From the NCBI RefSeq assembly GCF_009914755.1, contig NC_060928.1: DNA of 64,000 nt, one strand, 5' to 3'. The notes beneath the pieces are model-generated. The model was not told the DNA's origin. It saw only the letters and a list, made by a program, of their open reading frames with translations, and ran no database searches. Positions 44,246-58,378 of this stretch are shown one piece after another. Position 1 is the stretch's first letter; each line of letters begins with the position of its first letter. The DNA is from the human T2T-CHM13v2.0 reference genome, Homo sapiens. The translations under genes and the position numbers were made by a program.

Positions 44246-45819
44246 TGGGGGTCAGGAAATTCATAGCGTTTTCTCCAATTGAGTAATTTTTTTCCCAGGT
44301 TTCTAGGCACTGAGGATCACCCCAAAGATATGCTTTTTCTGCACCATGATATGACCCAGATTGTTTTGATTTCTGTAACTAACTTTAAAGTACATCTGCA
44401 TGGAGTAATATAAGTAAGGGGCAATCAGCTGTTCTAAGCAAAAACCCACACTCCAGGGGTGGTCAGCCAGCATTGTGCCAGCTAGCATTGTGTCATAAAG
44501 GGCACACAGAGACAACTACTGCTACTGTTTTGTTATACCGACCTTAAATAATATTACACATTTTGCTGAGTAAAATAGTGAAAATCAGAAAAGGATTTTG
44601 CATTGGAGAAATTAGAAGTTTATTGGCATAAGGATATGAGAAGTGTGATCTCACAGGGGAGGTTACATGGACAGCTAAATGCATTCTACATTCACCCCTA
44701 GGTGAGCCAAGGACAAGAATACTATGGTGCCCAGAGCTTGCTCCTTAATAGTTATCTGGATTTCTGGAAGCCTAATGCTACTCTAAGCAGAACAGAAGGC
44801 TGCTGCTGGGATATTTCTGCATTTGCCTTCAATGAAAAGTTTTTCAACATGGTCTTTGAAGCACTGAACCTAGAGAACAGGTCTTATAACTGTTTTATGA
44901 CTCGTTACTAATAAATGTGTTTTTTAAGTGTATATGAGAGATGAAATTTGGTTTGAGATTTGTGTTCATTAAGGATTGAATGTAGTAAGGGGTATCTGAC
45001 CCTCTTTTAACTCAGACTTACAAATGGCTACTGTTCTCTATGAAAAAGAACACAGAAATTGGCTTAATTGGTTCTCAACACGGGCTTTTTGGATTTTGAA
45101 AGTATTGGAATTTCATGGTAAAGAAATTCATTGTGTGAGAGTCCTGAGGTGCATGTAGGCCACTACAAGCACTCCAGTGTGGTTCAACAGGGGTTACGCA
45201 GTCTTTGGGGTGATGGAGAGCATGTTAGGACACACAGACAGTAGGATGTTGGGGCATTTCTCTGAATTCGTGCCAGTGCCAGACCTAAATTCTGGAATGT
45301 AACAAACCAGTTAATTTAGTTATTTTCAATTTGTGAAAATACTTTTTTGGTAGAGAATTTTTAGGTGTGTCTCCACAAGAGTTATTTTTTTCCTACAATT
45401 CCCACTGGAGGGTTGTCTCCATCTCCCTTTTCTAATTTGCATAAATATCATTGTTGCCTCCCAACTTAGGTCCCTTTCAGATGTCACCCATTTCCAGCAG
45501 TTTTTTTGATTTTTTGGGGGGGGTGTCTGCTCCACTGAATTTTTAAGGTATCAGACAGAACCGCTCCCTGGATCCTTAAACTTGGTGTACTAAAGGACCT
45601 CTTTGTCTGGCAACAGTCTGCAACAACCCTCAAATAACCAATCCCTTCTTTCTGCCCAAGAATCAAAAAAACAGGATACCGCAGGGCAGTTTTAATCTTT
45701 CCTCTTCCATTCAGATTTTGTTTTTAATTTTACTCTCATCAGCAAATTTATTTGTACATGGATCAGAGAGTTCGCTTTCTGAGACCTTGCTGAAGAAAGA
45801 ATGTGGACAGATTTTGACT

Positions 45820-46260
45820 GACTTTGCACGCTAACAAGTTTCAACTTGATACTGTGGGACAACAGAAGGCTCTTCGGGGGAGTGACATGACCAAAGCTGT
45901 ACTTCAGAAAGATAATGATGACAGCAGTGTGATGAGTGCATTGGAGAGATGAGAAATTAGATAGTCAGAGTCAAGGGGCTATTTCAACACTTCAGAATTA
46001 AAATGATGAGGATCTGAACCAGTATAATAATGATCAATATGGAAAAAAGGGCAAATATTTGAGATTCATTTGGAAGTAGATTGTCAAGGACTCTATGCTT
46101 GATTGGAAGTGGAATGCAGCAGGAGCTAATAAATGGTGAAGCTAAAAGACAGAGAAATGAGCTGATTTTCATCATACTCAGACAGCAGTATGAGAGGCAC
46201 ATGCATATGGAAATGGCTAGCAATATATTGAAAATGTAGTTCTAGTTAAAAATAGGAGTT
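45820..46260 (-). mobile_element. L2 fragment
   Basis: 'gagtgacatgacc...ttcagaaagataat...gcagtgtg...tttggaagtaga...caaggact'. Confidence 0.5.
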
Positions 46261-47486
46261 GAATTGATGGGAGGAAATTGAAATGTTTTCCAGTGAAGTA
46301 GTCCTGTCATCTTCACCTGAGAGTAAACTCTTGGTGTTTTAGGAAGACACTTAAAGTCATTCAATCCCCCTTCAATATGTATTAAATGAAATAAAATATT
46401 TACAACAAACTTCCAAGGGTGTGTTGTAAGATGAAGGAAATATCAGTCGGACTATATCAGAGTCATTTATAGAGTAAGGAGTCCACTAAAAATAGTATTT
46501 AAGGTCACAAAAATCTAATGCTTTAGATACCAAAACTTAGAGCAAATGGACTATTATGATTATAGCTTTAATTTTCCTAGATGTAAATTTAATCTTTCCC
46601 CTGCTCAAAATTCATTAACTGTCCTCCATTTGCCAAAGGAAAAAACTGAATTTCTTTACCATTTCATACAATTTCATGATCCAGACCCTGTCTTCCAGTC
46701 TGATTTTTTTTCCCCACAAATTTTTTTGAATGGCCCCTGAAAAAGTATGCACACACCTTCTTCCTCCAAAATTAACCCATTAAGTTGGCTGACGTTCTTC
46801 ACTTTTTCACTAAATGGTTTGGTTAGACTCAGACTCAAAAGCATATGGAGGGGAAGGAATTGAAGAAGTAAAGGTCAGAAGAAAGGTGCATTTTGGAAAA
46901 CAAGAGACAGAAATATCTTATTTCTCAGCCATAGAACAGCAAGAATGAATTAAATGTAGAGCTTAAAAAGAGAAAAAAAAAGGCTCTGATATTTAAAAAT
47001 GAACCTCTCCTGCCATCAATCTCTCTTGTGGCCCTACTGTCTAACTATATCACCACTTCTTATGGAGGGTGAGAGCAATTGCAAATAGAATGTCAACAAT
47101 CTTTCTTCTGAGGAATCTTTTAGTTTGATCAATAATTCTGTAATGAAGTCATTTTAATTTTGTGAAATATTTGTAAATTCGTATACTGTTAATTATGGTA
47201 GAAAAAAGATAAGGAGCGTTTAATCATAATCAATAAAATTGCCCACCATATTCTTTTGCTACAAAATGTTGTTGTCTAACCATTTAGGAATTTGCTGCCT
47301 CATTGTGGTAAAAGTCAACTGTTCATTTGTCAGCATTAATTGAACTCCCTACATGTAGGCTCCAATGTCTTCTTAGATACACCATCTTTATCAAAGAAGA
47401 TTTTTATTACCAGAAAGAAAAGAGTGATGTCTAATGTAACACAATAATGCAAAGTTCCTAATATTGATATTAATAGTGAATTCTAT

Positions 47487-49276
47487 TGATGGCAGCTGCA
47501 ACGTGTCTGGAGTAGCCATTGCCATGACGCCCACTACAGTGGGGGAGGTGCAGTGGAGGCTGTGTGCTCCAAGGAGCCTTTGGGAGCTGCGAATGGCCAG
47601 GAGCCTCACCCTCTCAGGCGCAGCTGCAACTGCCCAAGCTGCCGCTGCAGACCACAGCCTCCCTGTGCTCTTGGAGGCCGGGAGCAGGCAAGAGCCCCTC
47701 TCTCCCAGGCACAGCTGCAGCTGCCCAAGTCGCAGCTGCCCAAGTCACAGTTGCCCAAGTTGCAGGGGTGGACTGGGCCTCCCTGTGCTCTTGGGGCCTA
47801 GGAGCAGGCAGGAGCCCCGCCCTCCTGGACACAGCTGCAGCCGCCCAGCCCTGGCTGGGGACCCAGGCATCTGTGCATTCTCCAGGGCAGGAAGGCCACC
47901 CACTGCCTCTGAAGGCTTGGCAGTGCCTGCTGCTGCTGCCTGGCCTCTCCCTGCTCCTGGAGCACACTAGAGCCTCAGAGCAAAGTTGAGGCCAGGCCTG
48001 GGCACTGTTGCACCCAGCCAGGTGCGTGCCCACTCAGGACAGCACTGATACCTCCTGCTGCCTCAGCCCGCTCTGGGACCCCATGCTGCTTTGGCCGCCT
48101 CCGGACTTTGGACATCAATAAGCATGGGAGGGAGGTGGAGGTGGGGCTGAGAGCAGCTCGGTGCTGGCCTGCAGGTGCCCCTTGGCACAAACAGCCTGGG
48201 TGCTGTGGATGATGGCAGGAGGCCAACAGGCTCCTGGGTGGAAAGGGGTGGGTCCCAATGAGGCACCATCTTCAAGCCAGGGAAAGCCTGAAGCCTGAGG
48301 GTCAGACTAATGGACCAGAATGGGAACTTTGGGTGATTTTTCTGGGCCTGCCCATGGCTCCCCATGAACCAATAAGCACAGACTTCCTCCCCTCTGAAGC
48401 TCATAAAAATTCTGGACTCATCCAGACTGGAGGAGATGACAGAATGACCTACCTGGAGAGAGGAGCTACACACTCCAGGGTCTCCTCTCTGCTGAGAGCC
48501 GAACACCCAGTGGGATGACCAGCTGTGGAGAGGAGATGCCCATTCCAGGGTCTCCTGTCTGCTGAGAGTTGAACACTGTTGAAACACCCTGCCTGCGAAG
48601 AGGAGTTACCCAGTGCAGGTCTTCTCTCAGCTGTTCTGTTGCTCAATAACGTTCCTCTTAGCCTTTCACCCTCCACTTGTCCGAGTATGTCATTGTTCCT
48701 GGACGCAAGACAAGATCAGGACCCACCAAATGGTGGGGCTAAAAGAGCGGTAACAGAAACAGGGCTGAAACATGCCCCTTGCTCTCCACATAGGGGATGA
48801 GAAGAAGGAGAGAAAAGAGAAGGAGAGAAAAGCTGCAGACCTTTGAGGGGCCCAGACCTAGGAGCTCCCCAAGTCAGGGCTGTGACACTCTCTTCGGGGC
48901 TCTGCGGTTACTGGGTCTCCAAGCTTTTGGTTGCCACTGAGTTCCCTGGTGCCAACTGTGGAAGCTACTTGCAATACTCCTTGTCCAACCGCAGCCTCAC
49001 AGGTAGCTGGAGCCCATGCCAGCACCTGGAGCTGCCCACCCTGCCACAGCTGGCATGCCTGGCTGTGTGCAGTGTCCAGACCTGACACTTGCTCACTCAC
49101 CTACTCCTCACCACTCCACTTGCCCTTGGCAGGCATGGGATCCAGGCTGGTAGTACAAGCCAAGGGCAGCCTGCCAGGCCAAGTCGGCCCAATGGCCTGA
49201 GCAAAACTCAGGCAAAGGCACCACTGGCCAAAGAGGTTTCCAGCTGGAAAAGCATCACCCTAAGGATCCCATAACA
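47487..49276 (+). mobile_element. MER52-family ERV1 solo LTR (~1.8 kb)
   Basis: Starts tgatggcagc, ends aaggatcccataaca. GC-rich, with internal imperfect tandem units. Flanks ctat / gtat (4-bp TSD, 1 mismatch). Confidence 0.88.
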
Positions 49277-49770
49277 GTATTTTATCTGCAGTACTTGGAA
49301 AAAAAGAAATAAACACTAGCTACCTCAAAATAAAAGGCATTAAAGTGGAATCTATTAAAAACTGCCATCTCTCTTAATTTTCACCTCATCATTGTTCTCA
49401 TGTGTAGAAATAACAGAGGTTCTAACATGTTATTGTTCATGATGGGACAGCTAATAAGCTGTAAAACTAAGTTTGAGCACAGTCAATCAACTCCACAGTC
49501 CATGTTGTTTATCCTTATATAACTTTGTTTTCAAAAACCTTTTTTTAAAATTACCTAGCAGAAAATAGGTAGAGAAAGCAAATAAGACTATAAAACTCTT
49601 TGAGTGGAAGAATATATTATAATCTCAACAACTAAAATAATTTAAGTGATTTTCATTTTTTTAGCTATTTGCACTTTTCTCACACAAACTTTACTAAGTT
49701 CCTTTTTCTAAGATGATTGCTGAGTCTGGGATTCTTTAGGAGCCATGTATTTTTCATAGTGTTAACTCTT

Positions 49771-50200
49771 TGTACTGGAAACCATGATCCTCTATCCAGT
49801 TATCTGTGTCCCAACCTAGGTGTGAAGGATCTCTAGCTTCTGTGAGTGTAGTCAGGTTCCAGACCTTAGCTGTCAGCCTTCTCCCACCCAAAAGTGGCCT
49901 CTGGTGAAGTAAGACTTGCCTACTTCTGGGAGAAGCCCACATTCAGTGCGGGAGAATATCAGCCTGACATCTAAGTCACCCCAGTTTAGAACTATTCTGA
50001 AGGGTCAACTCACTTCCAGAGCTCCCCACAGAGTTGGCTGAGGGCTTTGTTGAGACTGCATCACAGCTTTGCCATCTCCCCCTGCTCAGTTGTGCTTCCT
50101 TTCCTCCCCCAGTCAGTGCTGATCCTCATAACACACCCTCATAAACTTTCTGCCTTGCCAGTAGATACTCCAGTCTGCACTCCGGGAGACCAGATCCACC
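49771..50200 (+). mobile_element. LTR16-type ERVL solo LTR
   Basis: 'ctgaagggtc...cttccagagctcccc...ttggctgagggc...gactgcatcacagct...ataaac'. Confidence 0.7.
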
Positions 50201-50601
50201 ATACTAATTACGTCTAAACCATTTAGTAAATGAAGAAATTTGCTATTAACATTACCCAGTCTGGAAAAAGTTTGTAATGTCATTTTCAAAAAGATTACAA
50301 AGAAGGAAATAGTTTTGATGAGAAAATCAGGCTCATTTATTATAAACCATCTAATTAATAGACAGTGCTGCAGGTTTGGCAAGTTTAAGAAACTGCCACT
50401 CACAGAGATCATTTAGTTTTCAATAACCAAAATTTAAAATGCAAACAAAGTATTTTAATTTTTAGTCAATATTTCATCATGAAAAAGTGTAAACTAACTT
50501 GATTTTTGGGAACAAAATCTTAGCATTAAAGTGTTCTTTAAATTTTTGATTTTTTAAAGAAAGATGCCAAGTTAATAAATCAATTTAAAAATACAGTTGG
50601 A

Positions 50602-50714
50602 CCTGGGTGATGGGATCAATTGTACACCAAATCACAGCATCATACAATATACCCAGGTAACAAACCTGCATGTGTATCTGCTGAGTCTGAAGTAAGGGTT
50701 GAAATTATTTAAAA
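50602..50714 (+). mobile_element. Very short L1PA15/16-like 3' end
   Basis: 'cctgggtgatgggatc...gtaacaaacctgcatgtgta'. 15-bp TSD aaaaataca(g/t)ttgga (50587-50601 / 50715-50729). Confidence 0.85.
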
Positions 50715-51020
50715 AAAAATACATTTGGATTTCTGTGCACCAGAGGAGAAATAGGACACGACATATTGCCATGCAAGATTCCAATCTTGTCTTCGATGGT
50801 AACTGATCTGTTATTACTGAGGAATAAATATGTTCTGTGTTTAAGTTTCAACCTGCTGGATTTGCAGAATCACTGAGGCAGTGATGACTAGGGAGTCTCT
50901 GCATATGAACCAGGTGTGAGCTCATTCACCAAGCACCCCATCATTACACTGTGCTTGGTGGTAACTGTCAGTTCCTTTCAGCTGTCACTTGCCTTAATTA
51001 CCAAACACTGCCCTATGATG

Positions 51021-51182
51021 CAGAAACTAGAAAATTCTGTAAATTATTATGCCACATATGTGCCACATATATTAATATATGTTAACATATGTGCCACATA
51101 ATAATTTACAGAATTTACATAATAATTTATAAAGTTATGCCACATATGTGGCATAATAATTTATAGAATTTTCTAGTTTCTG
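51021..51182. repeat. 42-bp inverted repeat (1 mismatch) with self-derived spacer
   Basis: Arms 51021-51062 and 51141-51182, verified base by base. Confidence 0.95.
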
Positions 51183-52267
51183 AATTCAATTCCCACAAAA
51201 GAAATAAATCATAAAGATATGCAAGTTGATTTTTTTATTCTGATTTTATATTCAGTAGAATCTTTACTATTTCTACCAAGACTTCTTTTTAATTATCCTC
51301 AAAGTCATTGCTGTAAGCAGTGATGTAAATGAATAGATAACTAAATTCCTACAAGTTATTTAGGTCTAAGGGGAGCCTAATTTTCACTTAATTTTATTTT
51401 ACCTTTAAGATCTGGACTAAAACCTTTATTTTACAGATTAGAAAAACATTTTAAGGTCCCAAGATGTGAAATGAATTTTCTCCAGCATTTGCCATCTTTG
51501 CATAAACAAGTATAAGAATATAAATTAAAACATACATTTACATCAGTAAATTAATACTACAAAAAGAACTTGGGCTCAAAACATATTCACCAGTTTTGGC
51601 CAAATATTTCCTTCTCATAAATAATCTTTGTAATACTAATTCAGAACTTGAAAGACAACAAGCAAATTTAGCAATCATGCTCTAATTTAATCTTCCATTT
51701 TTAAAAGAATCTTCAAAATAATTCTACCACCACGATATACATATATTCCCTAGGTTCGGGCTTCTGAGAGCATGCTCCTCCAGAAAAATAAACCAGGAAT
51801 GGCAAAGGATGTGACAGGTGCTCTCTTTTATACCCCAACATTGCAGGAGTTTGTTCCCATGCTGTAATGAAATGCAACTGACAAGCACTATGTGACTTTA
51901 AGAGATTTTGAAATGATTTAAAGGTAAACATATTATTAAATGGGTTTTTAACTGAGTGAAACTAATTAGAAAAAATTTCATAAATCCTATTACAAATGTG
52001 GTATGGAGAGGGATCAGTTTACACAAAGAGAGGCATGATAAGTGTTCATCTCTGCAATGCCATTTGAGGAACAGAAAAGCTTTCTTCTTTTCTTCCCCAT
52101 CCTGTCCTCTAGACTTGAGGACCTTATTAAAATACAAATGTTGTCTAGGGGAATTAACATTCTCAGAAGAGCCCTGAGAGCAAAGGAAAGCACTTTTCTG
52201 TATACTATTTCAAGCAGAGAATTGCATGAGTGAATCACTCCAAAATGAAATTTCCAAAACAACAACA

Positions 52268-52482
52268 CTAATAATATCATTTATTGTGATGCAGTGTGCC
52301 AGCAATTGTGTTACTGCTTTATGTGATTTATTTTATTTATTACTTACCATAACCAAACCAGATAGGTACTACTAGTTTTCTACAAATAAGAAAACTTCTG
52401 AAATTTAGAACGGTAATTACTTTGCCTAAAGTCACAGAACTAGCAAGGAAGAAACTGAACTCAACTCCCAAATCTGTGACAC
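52268..52482 (-). mobile_element. MIR
   Basis: 'catttattg...gtgtgccag...tacaaataagaaaact...ttgcctaaagtcacagaactag'. Confidence 0.62.
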
Positions 52483-54731
52483 TGTTATAGAAACTATCTC
52501 TCAAGATACAATTCCACTTTCATCTTCGCTTTATTTTTTGTTATCTCAGCGGGAAATAAATTCACATGTTACCTTTCAGTGGTCATCTCTTCTGTCCGTT
52601 CTATGCATTCTACCTGCACCAGAACAGTGATCCCACATTTCTTGATTTTCTCCGCTTCATACTGTCTCTTAGGTATCTTCAATTAATTTTATTGACTAAC
52701 TCCCTTCTCTTTACTTCATTTGACCCCCTCCACTTGTCAGATAAATGTATTCATTGATTTCCACTGTCTTCTACAACTGCCTTATTATTTCTCTAGTTCT
52801 TCTCATTGCCAGTTTATTGAATAAATATTCCAAAATGTTATCTCCAATTTCTCATCAAACAATTTAAACAAGTTACAAATTGGCTTTCAAGAATAACAAC
52901 AAATGACACTAAGATTCCTTGCTGGTTATTCCTGCACCCCAGCCATTCCTCTTCTTAATCCACCTTTCCTACATGCCTGTTATCAGGAACAAAGATGTTT
53001 GGCATTTCTTTCATTATCATTTTCCCCTTTTATTCCCTTTGTTATCATTAGACTTGATGGACTCAAAACCGATTTTGCCATATTAATTTTTAGTGGATGC
53101 TCCGCCTCTGGTCTTATACTTTCCCGATATATAGAATAACAGCTCTGCAGAATGTAATCTAAAATGACACTTTCATCATATGTTTGCTTTTTATCTGAAC
53201 TTGTCAAGAGTTCTTAAGGCCTCAGGGTAAAATAGAAACTCCTACATTCAATTTCCAAAGCTGTCAAAATATGACACTCAACTCCAAGTCACTTTTCTCA
53301 TCCTTCCACCTCTCCACAAAACATCTGTTCTTGAAGGCTCCTTCTTTCTCAATTTCCATTTGCAAGCACTCTCCTTTACTCCTTCTGGCATAGTTTTTTG
53401 ACTCCAGAGTTCTGTTTTGTGCTTTATCACTTCTTCAAATTGTTCACCCTGCTTCCACCGCTTTCCATGCCCTCTGCCACCCTCACTTCACACTCAATTC
53501 GGTTTGAACCAGATTTAGCACTTTCTTTAGAGAAGTGCAGGAAGTGTACGTCATTTGTTTATCTGTTTCTACCCTACACAGTGCAAATACAATGCTTTTC
53601 CTATCAGAAGTCACCATTTCATATTTATTAAATAAATGATAAGTAATATTTAGGATTTTATACTAATTTGCTAAAGAATTGGCAACCATATTTTAATACA
53701 ACCTTATAAGAAATAAAATTAGTTTCTTATTAAAACAGTTTTTAGGATACACATTTTTGGATTTGTTCCCACCTTCCTCATTCCCATCAAATATGGTGCA
53801 TTTCTTTATTTTTCTATGTGTGTACCTTATCAGGAGATCTTCTGGGAGCGTAGTTTCTGCTAAACAGTTTATTGTAACATTAATAAAAGGAAACAGATAT
53901 ATATTGCAAAAAATTAAAAGTCTCAAATTACCTCGAAGAGTACTCTACTCTGGTAGTAAAAAAAAAGAAAAAAGAATAATACATAAATACATAAATTTGT
54001 TTCATAAAAGCCAACACAAGAACAAGTAACAATGGTCTGAAAAATGAAACAGGAAGGCAGTTTCTCCAAAGACAGGCTAGTACTTTTGCAAGTCTTTCCA
54101 TTTGTTTCTTAAATCATTCTCCATTTCATGACCCTCATTGTCCAAGTGCTAACACCATGCAAATTATACCAAGGCCAGCTTACTCTCGGAATGATTAGAG
54201 TTTAATTTTTGAAATACTTCATTTTATAGGTTCCTTTTGTGAGGCTAATTTAGATAGAATTAGAATAATAAATAAGCACAATAGACAGCAATTGAAGAAT
54301 AATAAAAAAAGGTCCGTGTGTTCAAAGAATTGCAATAGATCCAAGAACATCGCTTCTCAAAATGAATTAAACTGCATCATAGGGCAGAAACTTTGAGGAG
54401 GCTTTAGATAAAGAATTAGGAGGTATTTTCTTGACTGTTAGATCTCTGGGATGAAATGAAGCTAAACTGCTTATAAATCACTATTAAGAGAATGCTTGGG
54501 AGCTTAAAATAGAGTCAAACATTACCACAATAGAGATGAAATAAAGGAAACCACCAAATATTTTTTCAGTCAAATACATGAAAATTAACTATTACACAGC
54601 AGTGGAACCATTGTTTTCTTTAATTAAATGATCTATATTAATTCTGCAAGTGATAACAAATATAATAACTATTTCATGATGAAATAATTCTGATAAATTG
54701 CCATTATATTTATTTTTTAAAAAAGTATTCT

Positions 54732-57465
54732 GGACTTCTGCTTCTGAAAAGTAGATATGTTTTCACTATCCTTCTCACTTAGGACAGGTAATAACCCTGA
54801 ATGTTATAAATAAAACAAACATAAAACACCTCTGAAAGGTGAAGAGAAGAAGGCAAGTTGGATGGAGACCATGAGATCTGAAGAATGACACAGTGGCCAG
54901 TGAACTGGATTTTCTTTTTGCCTTATAAATACCAGATTGGATATATGAGCTACTGGAGAAGCAGATGACCTAGAAATGCCAATAGGGTCAGACCAAAAAA
55001 AGAAGCCTCAAGACAAGCCTGCTCTCTCTAGACAAAGGAATGGGAAATGAGCATCTTAGAAGGCAGATGTATTTTAGAACTTAAACATTCTGCTGCAGCC
55101 AAATACCACATAAAAAACGGATCCACCCCCATCACTGTCAGCAAGTAGCAAGTAGAAGCTTAAACTTCCCTCATAAGGCTATAACAAGATACCTTCCCCC
55201 TTGGGTGGTGTCAGAGAAGGCTGAGTGGGGAGACTAGATGTCAGATGTCCACGCCACCCGACCCAGCCTATGTGTCTCATAATGAGACACACCTCCTCAT
55301 CCTCACTAGGGTGGTTTATTGGAAGTCTAGTGGAGAGTCAAGACTTTCACTACAATTCAGTAGTACTCGGACTACCCCTCATAATGTCATGGAGCCCATA
55401 GAGGAAGCAATAAGGAGGCACCTTCTCCCTTCCAGCCACAGTGGTATCAGTGGAGGTCTACCGGGAAACCTAAATGTCTACTCCCACCAACCAATAGCAG
55501 GGATCCTCTCTTTCTGTATATGACAATGGAGGCCATGTGAAGAACCCAGATTTCCACTCCCATCTGGAAGTAGAGAAGCAATACTCACTTCCCTTGCTAA
55601 AGAGGTGTCAAGAAATGCCTGCTAAAATGCACGATTTAAAATAAAATACGGTCTGGGCACAGTCACTCACACCTGTAATCCTGGTATTTTGGGAGGCCAA
55701 GGTAGGTGGATTCCCTGAGCTCAGGAGTTTAAGACCAGCCTGGGAAAAATGGCAAAACCCATCTCTACTATAAATACGAAAATTTAGGCAGGGATGGTGG
55801 TGTACATCTGTAATCCAAGCTACTCAGGAGGCTGAGGCTGAAGCATGAGAATAGCATAACAACAAAAATGTCCAGATCTCAATTAAAACATCACTCAGTG
55901 TATCAGGAACCAGAAAGATCTCAACTTGAATGAGAAAGGATAATCAACAGACACAAACATAGAGAAGACAAAGATGTTAGAATTATCTTGCAAAGATCTC
56001 AGTCATTATTTTAAAAACCATCCACAATTTGAACATAAGTGAAAGAAATAAAAAAGAGGGCTTTAGCAAAGACATAAAAGATATAAGGAAGAACCAAATT
56101 AAAATCTTAAGATTGAAAAAAGTCAAAGCTAAAATCAAAACCCTCAATTACCAATAGAAATTACTCAATCTGAGTTACAGAGATGAAATAGACTGAAAAC
56201 ACACAAATTTTAAAAGGTGAACAAGGACATATGGGATTATAATAAAAAGTCTAACATTTATGTCATCTGAGTTCTAGAGGCAGAGAAAGACGGTGGGGCT
56301 AAAAATGTATTCAAATAAAGAACGGCTGAAAACTTCCCAAATCTGGCGAAAGACATAAACCTACAGATTCAAAAAATTGAGCCAATACCAAACAGGATAA
56401 ATGCAAGAAGAAAAAAAAATGTGAAAACTTCTGAAAACTAAAGACAAAGAAAGAATCTTAAAAGCAGTTAGAAATGGCATGTTACTTATAGGGCAAAATC
56501 AATGCAAATGACAGCAGATTTATCATGTAAAATTATGGAAACCAAAAGAAACTGGTACAACATTTTTCAAGTGCTGACAGAAGAAAAAACAAAACAAAAC
56601 TGTCCGTACAGTGTTCTATATGCAGTGAAAATATCCTTCAGAAGTGAAGGAGAAAGCAAGACGTTCTCACGTGATAGAAAAGTAAAAACTAAAAATAAAA
56701 ACATCACCAGCGAGCCTATCTTAAAAGACTGCCTGAAGGAAATACTCTAAACAGACATAAAAAGACAAAAGAAGGAGTATTAGAACAACAAGAAGAAAGA
56801 TAGAACAACAGAAGGACCAAAAGCATTAGTAAATATTATGTATTTTTATTTTCCTGAGTTGTCTAAATTATGCTTGATGGTTGAAGCAAAAATTATAAAA
56901 CTGCCTAATGTAGTCGTCAGCGTATGTAGGAGCAATACTTAAGACAATTATATTGTAAATGGGTGATGGTAAAGGAATAAAGACAAGCACAATGTCTACC
57001 TTTCGCTTGGACTAGCAAAATGTTAGCATCAATAGACTGTGATACATTTTATATCTATAATAACCTACAGTAAAAAACTTAGAGCAACCACAAAAAAAAC
57101 CTATGCAAAAAAAAAAATATGCTCAGAAAGGCTACAAATCTCCAAATGTTAGAATTATAGTGGTGCAAAACATTAATTATTGCTCAGGATTGGGGATAGC
57201 AGGGGGGTGGTGGTGATAAGTGTTACAATAAGAGAGTTGTATGAGTGTCATCTTGGGAGGATGAAACAGTTCTTTATCTTGATTTTAAGAGCACTTACAC
57301 ACATTTCCACAAGTAATGAAATGACATAGGTCTACCTGATACACACATTGTGCCAATGCTGGTTTCCTGGTTTGATATCACACTACAATTATATAAGACA
57401 TAACCGTAGGGGAGACTGGATGAAGGGTATATGGGTCCTCTCTCTACTTCCTTTGCTACTTTTAT
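54732..57465 (+). mobile_element. L1MD-type element: 5'UTR, decayed ORF1 and 3'UTR, with ORF2 absent
   Basis: L1MDa-like 5' end (ggacttctgcttctg...ctctgaaaggtgaagagaagaaggca). ORF 56502-56750 (MTADLS...WYNIFQVL...LYAVKISFRSEGE) matches the ORF1p C-terminal domain. L1MD-like 3'UTR from ~57145. Confidence 0.75.
55650..55855 (+). mobile_element. Old Alu (J or early S), 3'-truncated, inside L1MD
   Basis: Left arm plus about 60 nt of right arm. No tail. Confidence 0.88.
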
Positions 57466-57559
57466 TTCTCTGATGTAGCCTGCTGAAGGAAAAGCAATGA
57501 TCTCTAATGTTGTTTGTCATTGTGACAGAGGGAAAGAGACACTGTGACAAAAGTCAGTA

Positions 57560-58200
<641 letters not shown>

Positions 58201-58284
58201 ACAAATAAATGTGAAATATTACATTACAGAACTATATATTTTCCAATGAAATATGAATCCTTTTATGCCTGGGGTGATAAGAAG

Positions 58285-58376
58285 TTATTTGCTTATGTGA
58301 TTTCCAGCACAGCCCACACAGTCTGATACACAGTTGGTGATCAATAAATCATTATTGAAGGTCTGACTGACTGACT
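58285..58376 (+). mobile_element. L2 3' terminus
   Basis: 'ccagcacagcccacacagtctgatacacag...tcaataaat...ttgaa'. Confidence 0.45.
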
Positions 58377-58378
58377 TA

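Noticed and set aside
47464-49274. Many overlapping 80-174 aa ORFs
   Set aside because: All lie within the GC-rich, repetitive MER52 LTR, occur on both strands, and resemble no known protein.
51021-51182. CRISPR-like repeat/spacer array
   Set aside because: Repeats are inverted and irregular, there are no unique spacers or cas genes, and the context is primate DNA.
56502-56750. ORF1p-like ORF as a domesticated gene
   Set aside because: Short surviving frame within a frameshifted L1M ORF1, with no sign of selection visible.
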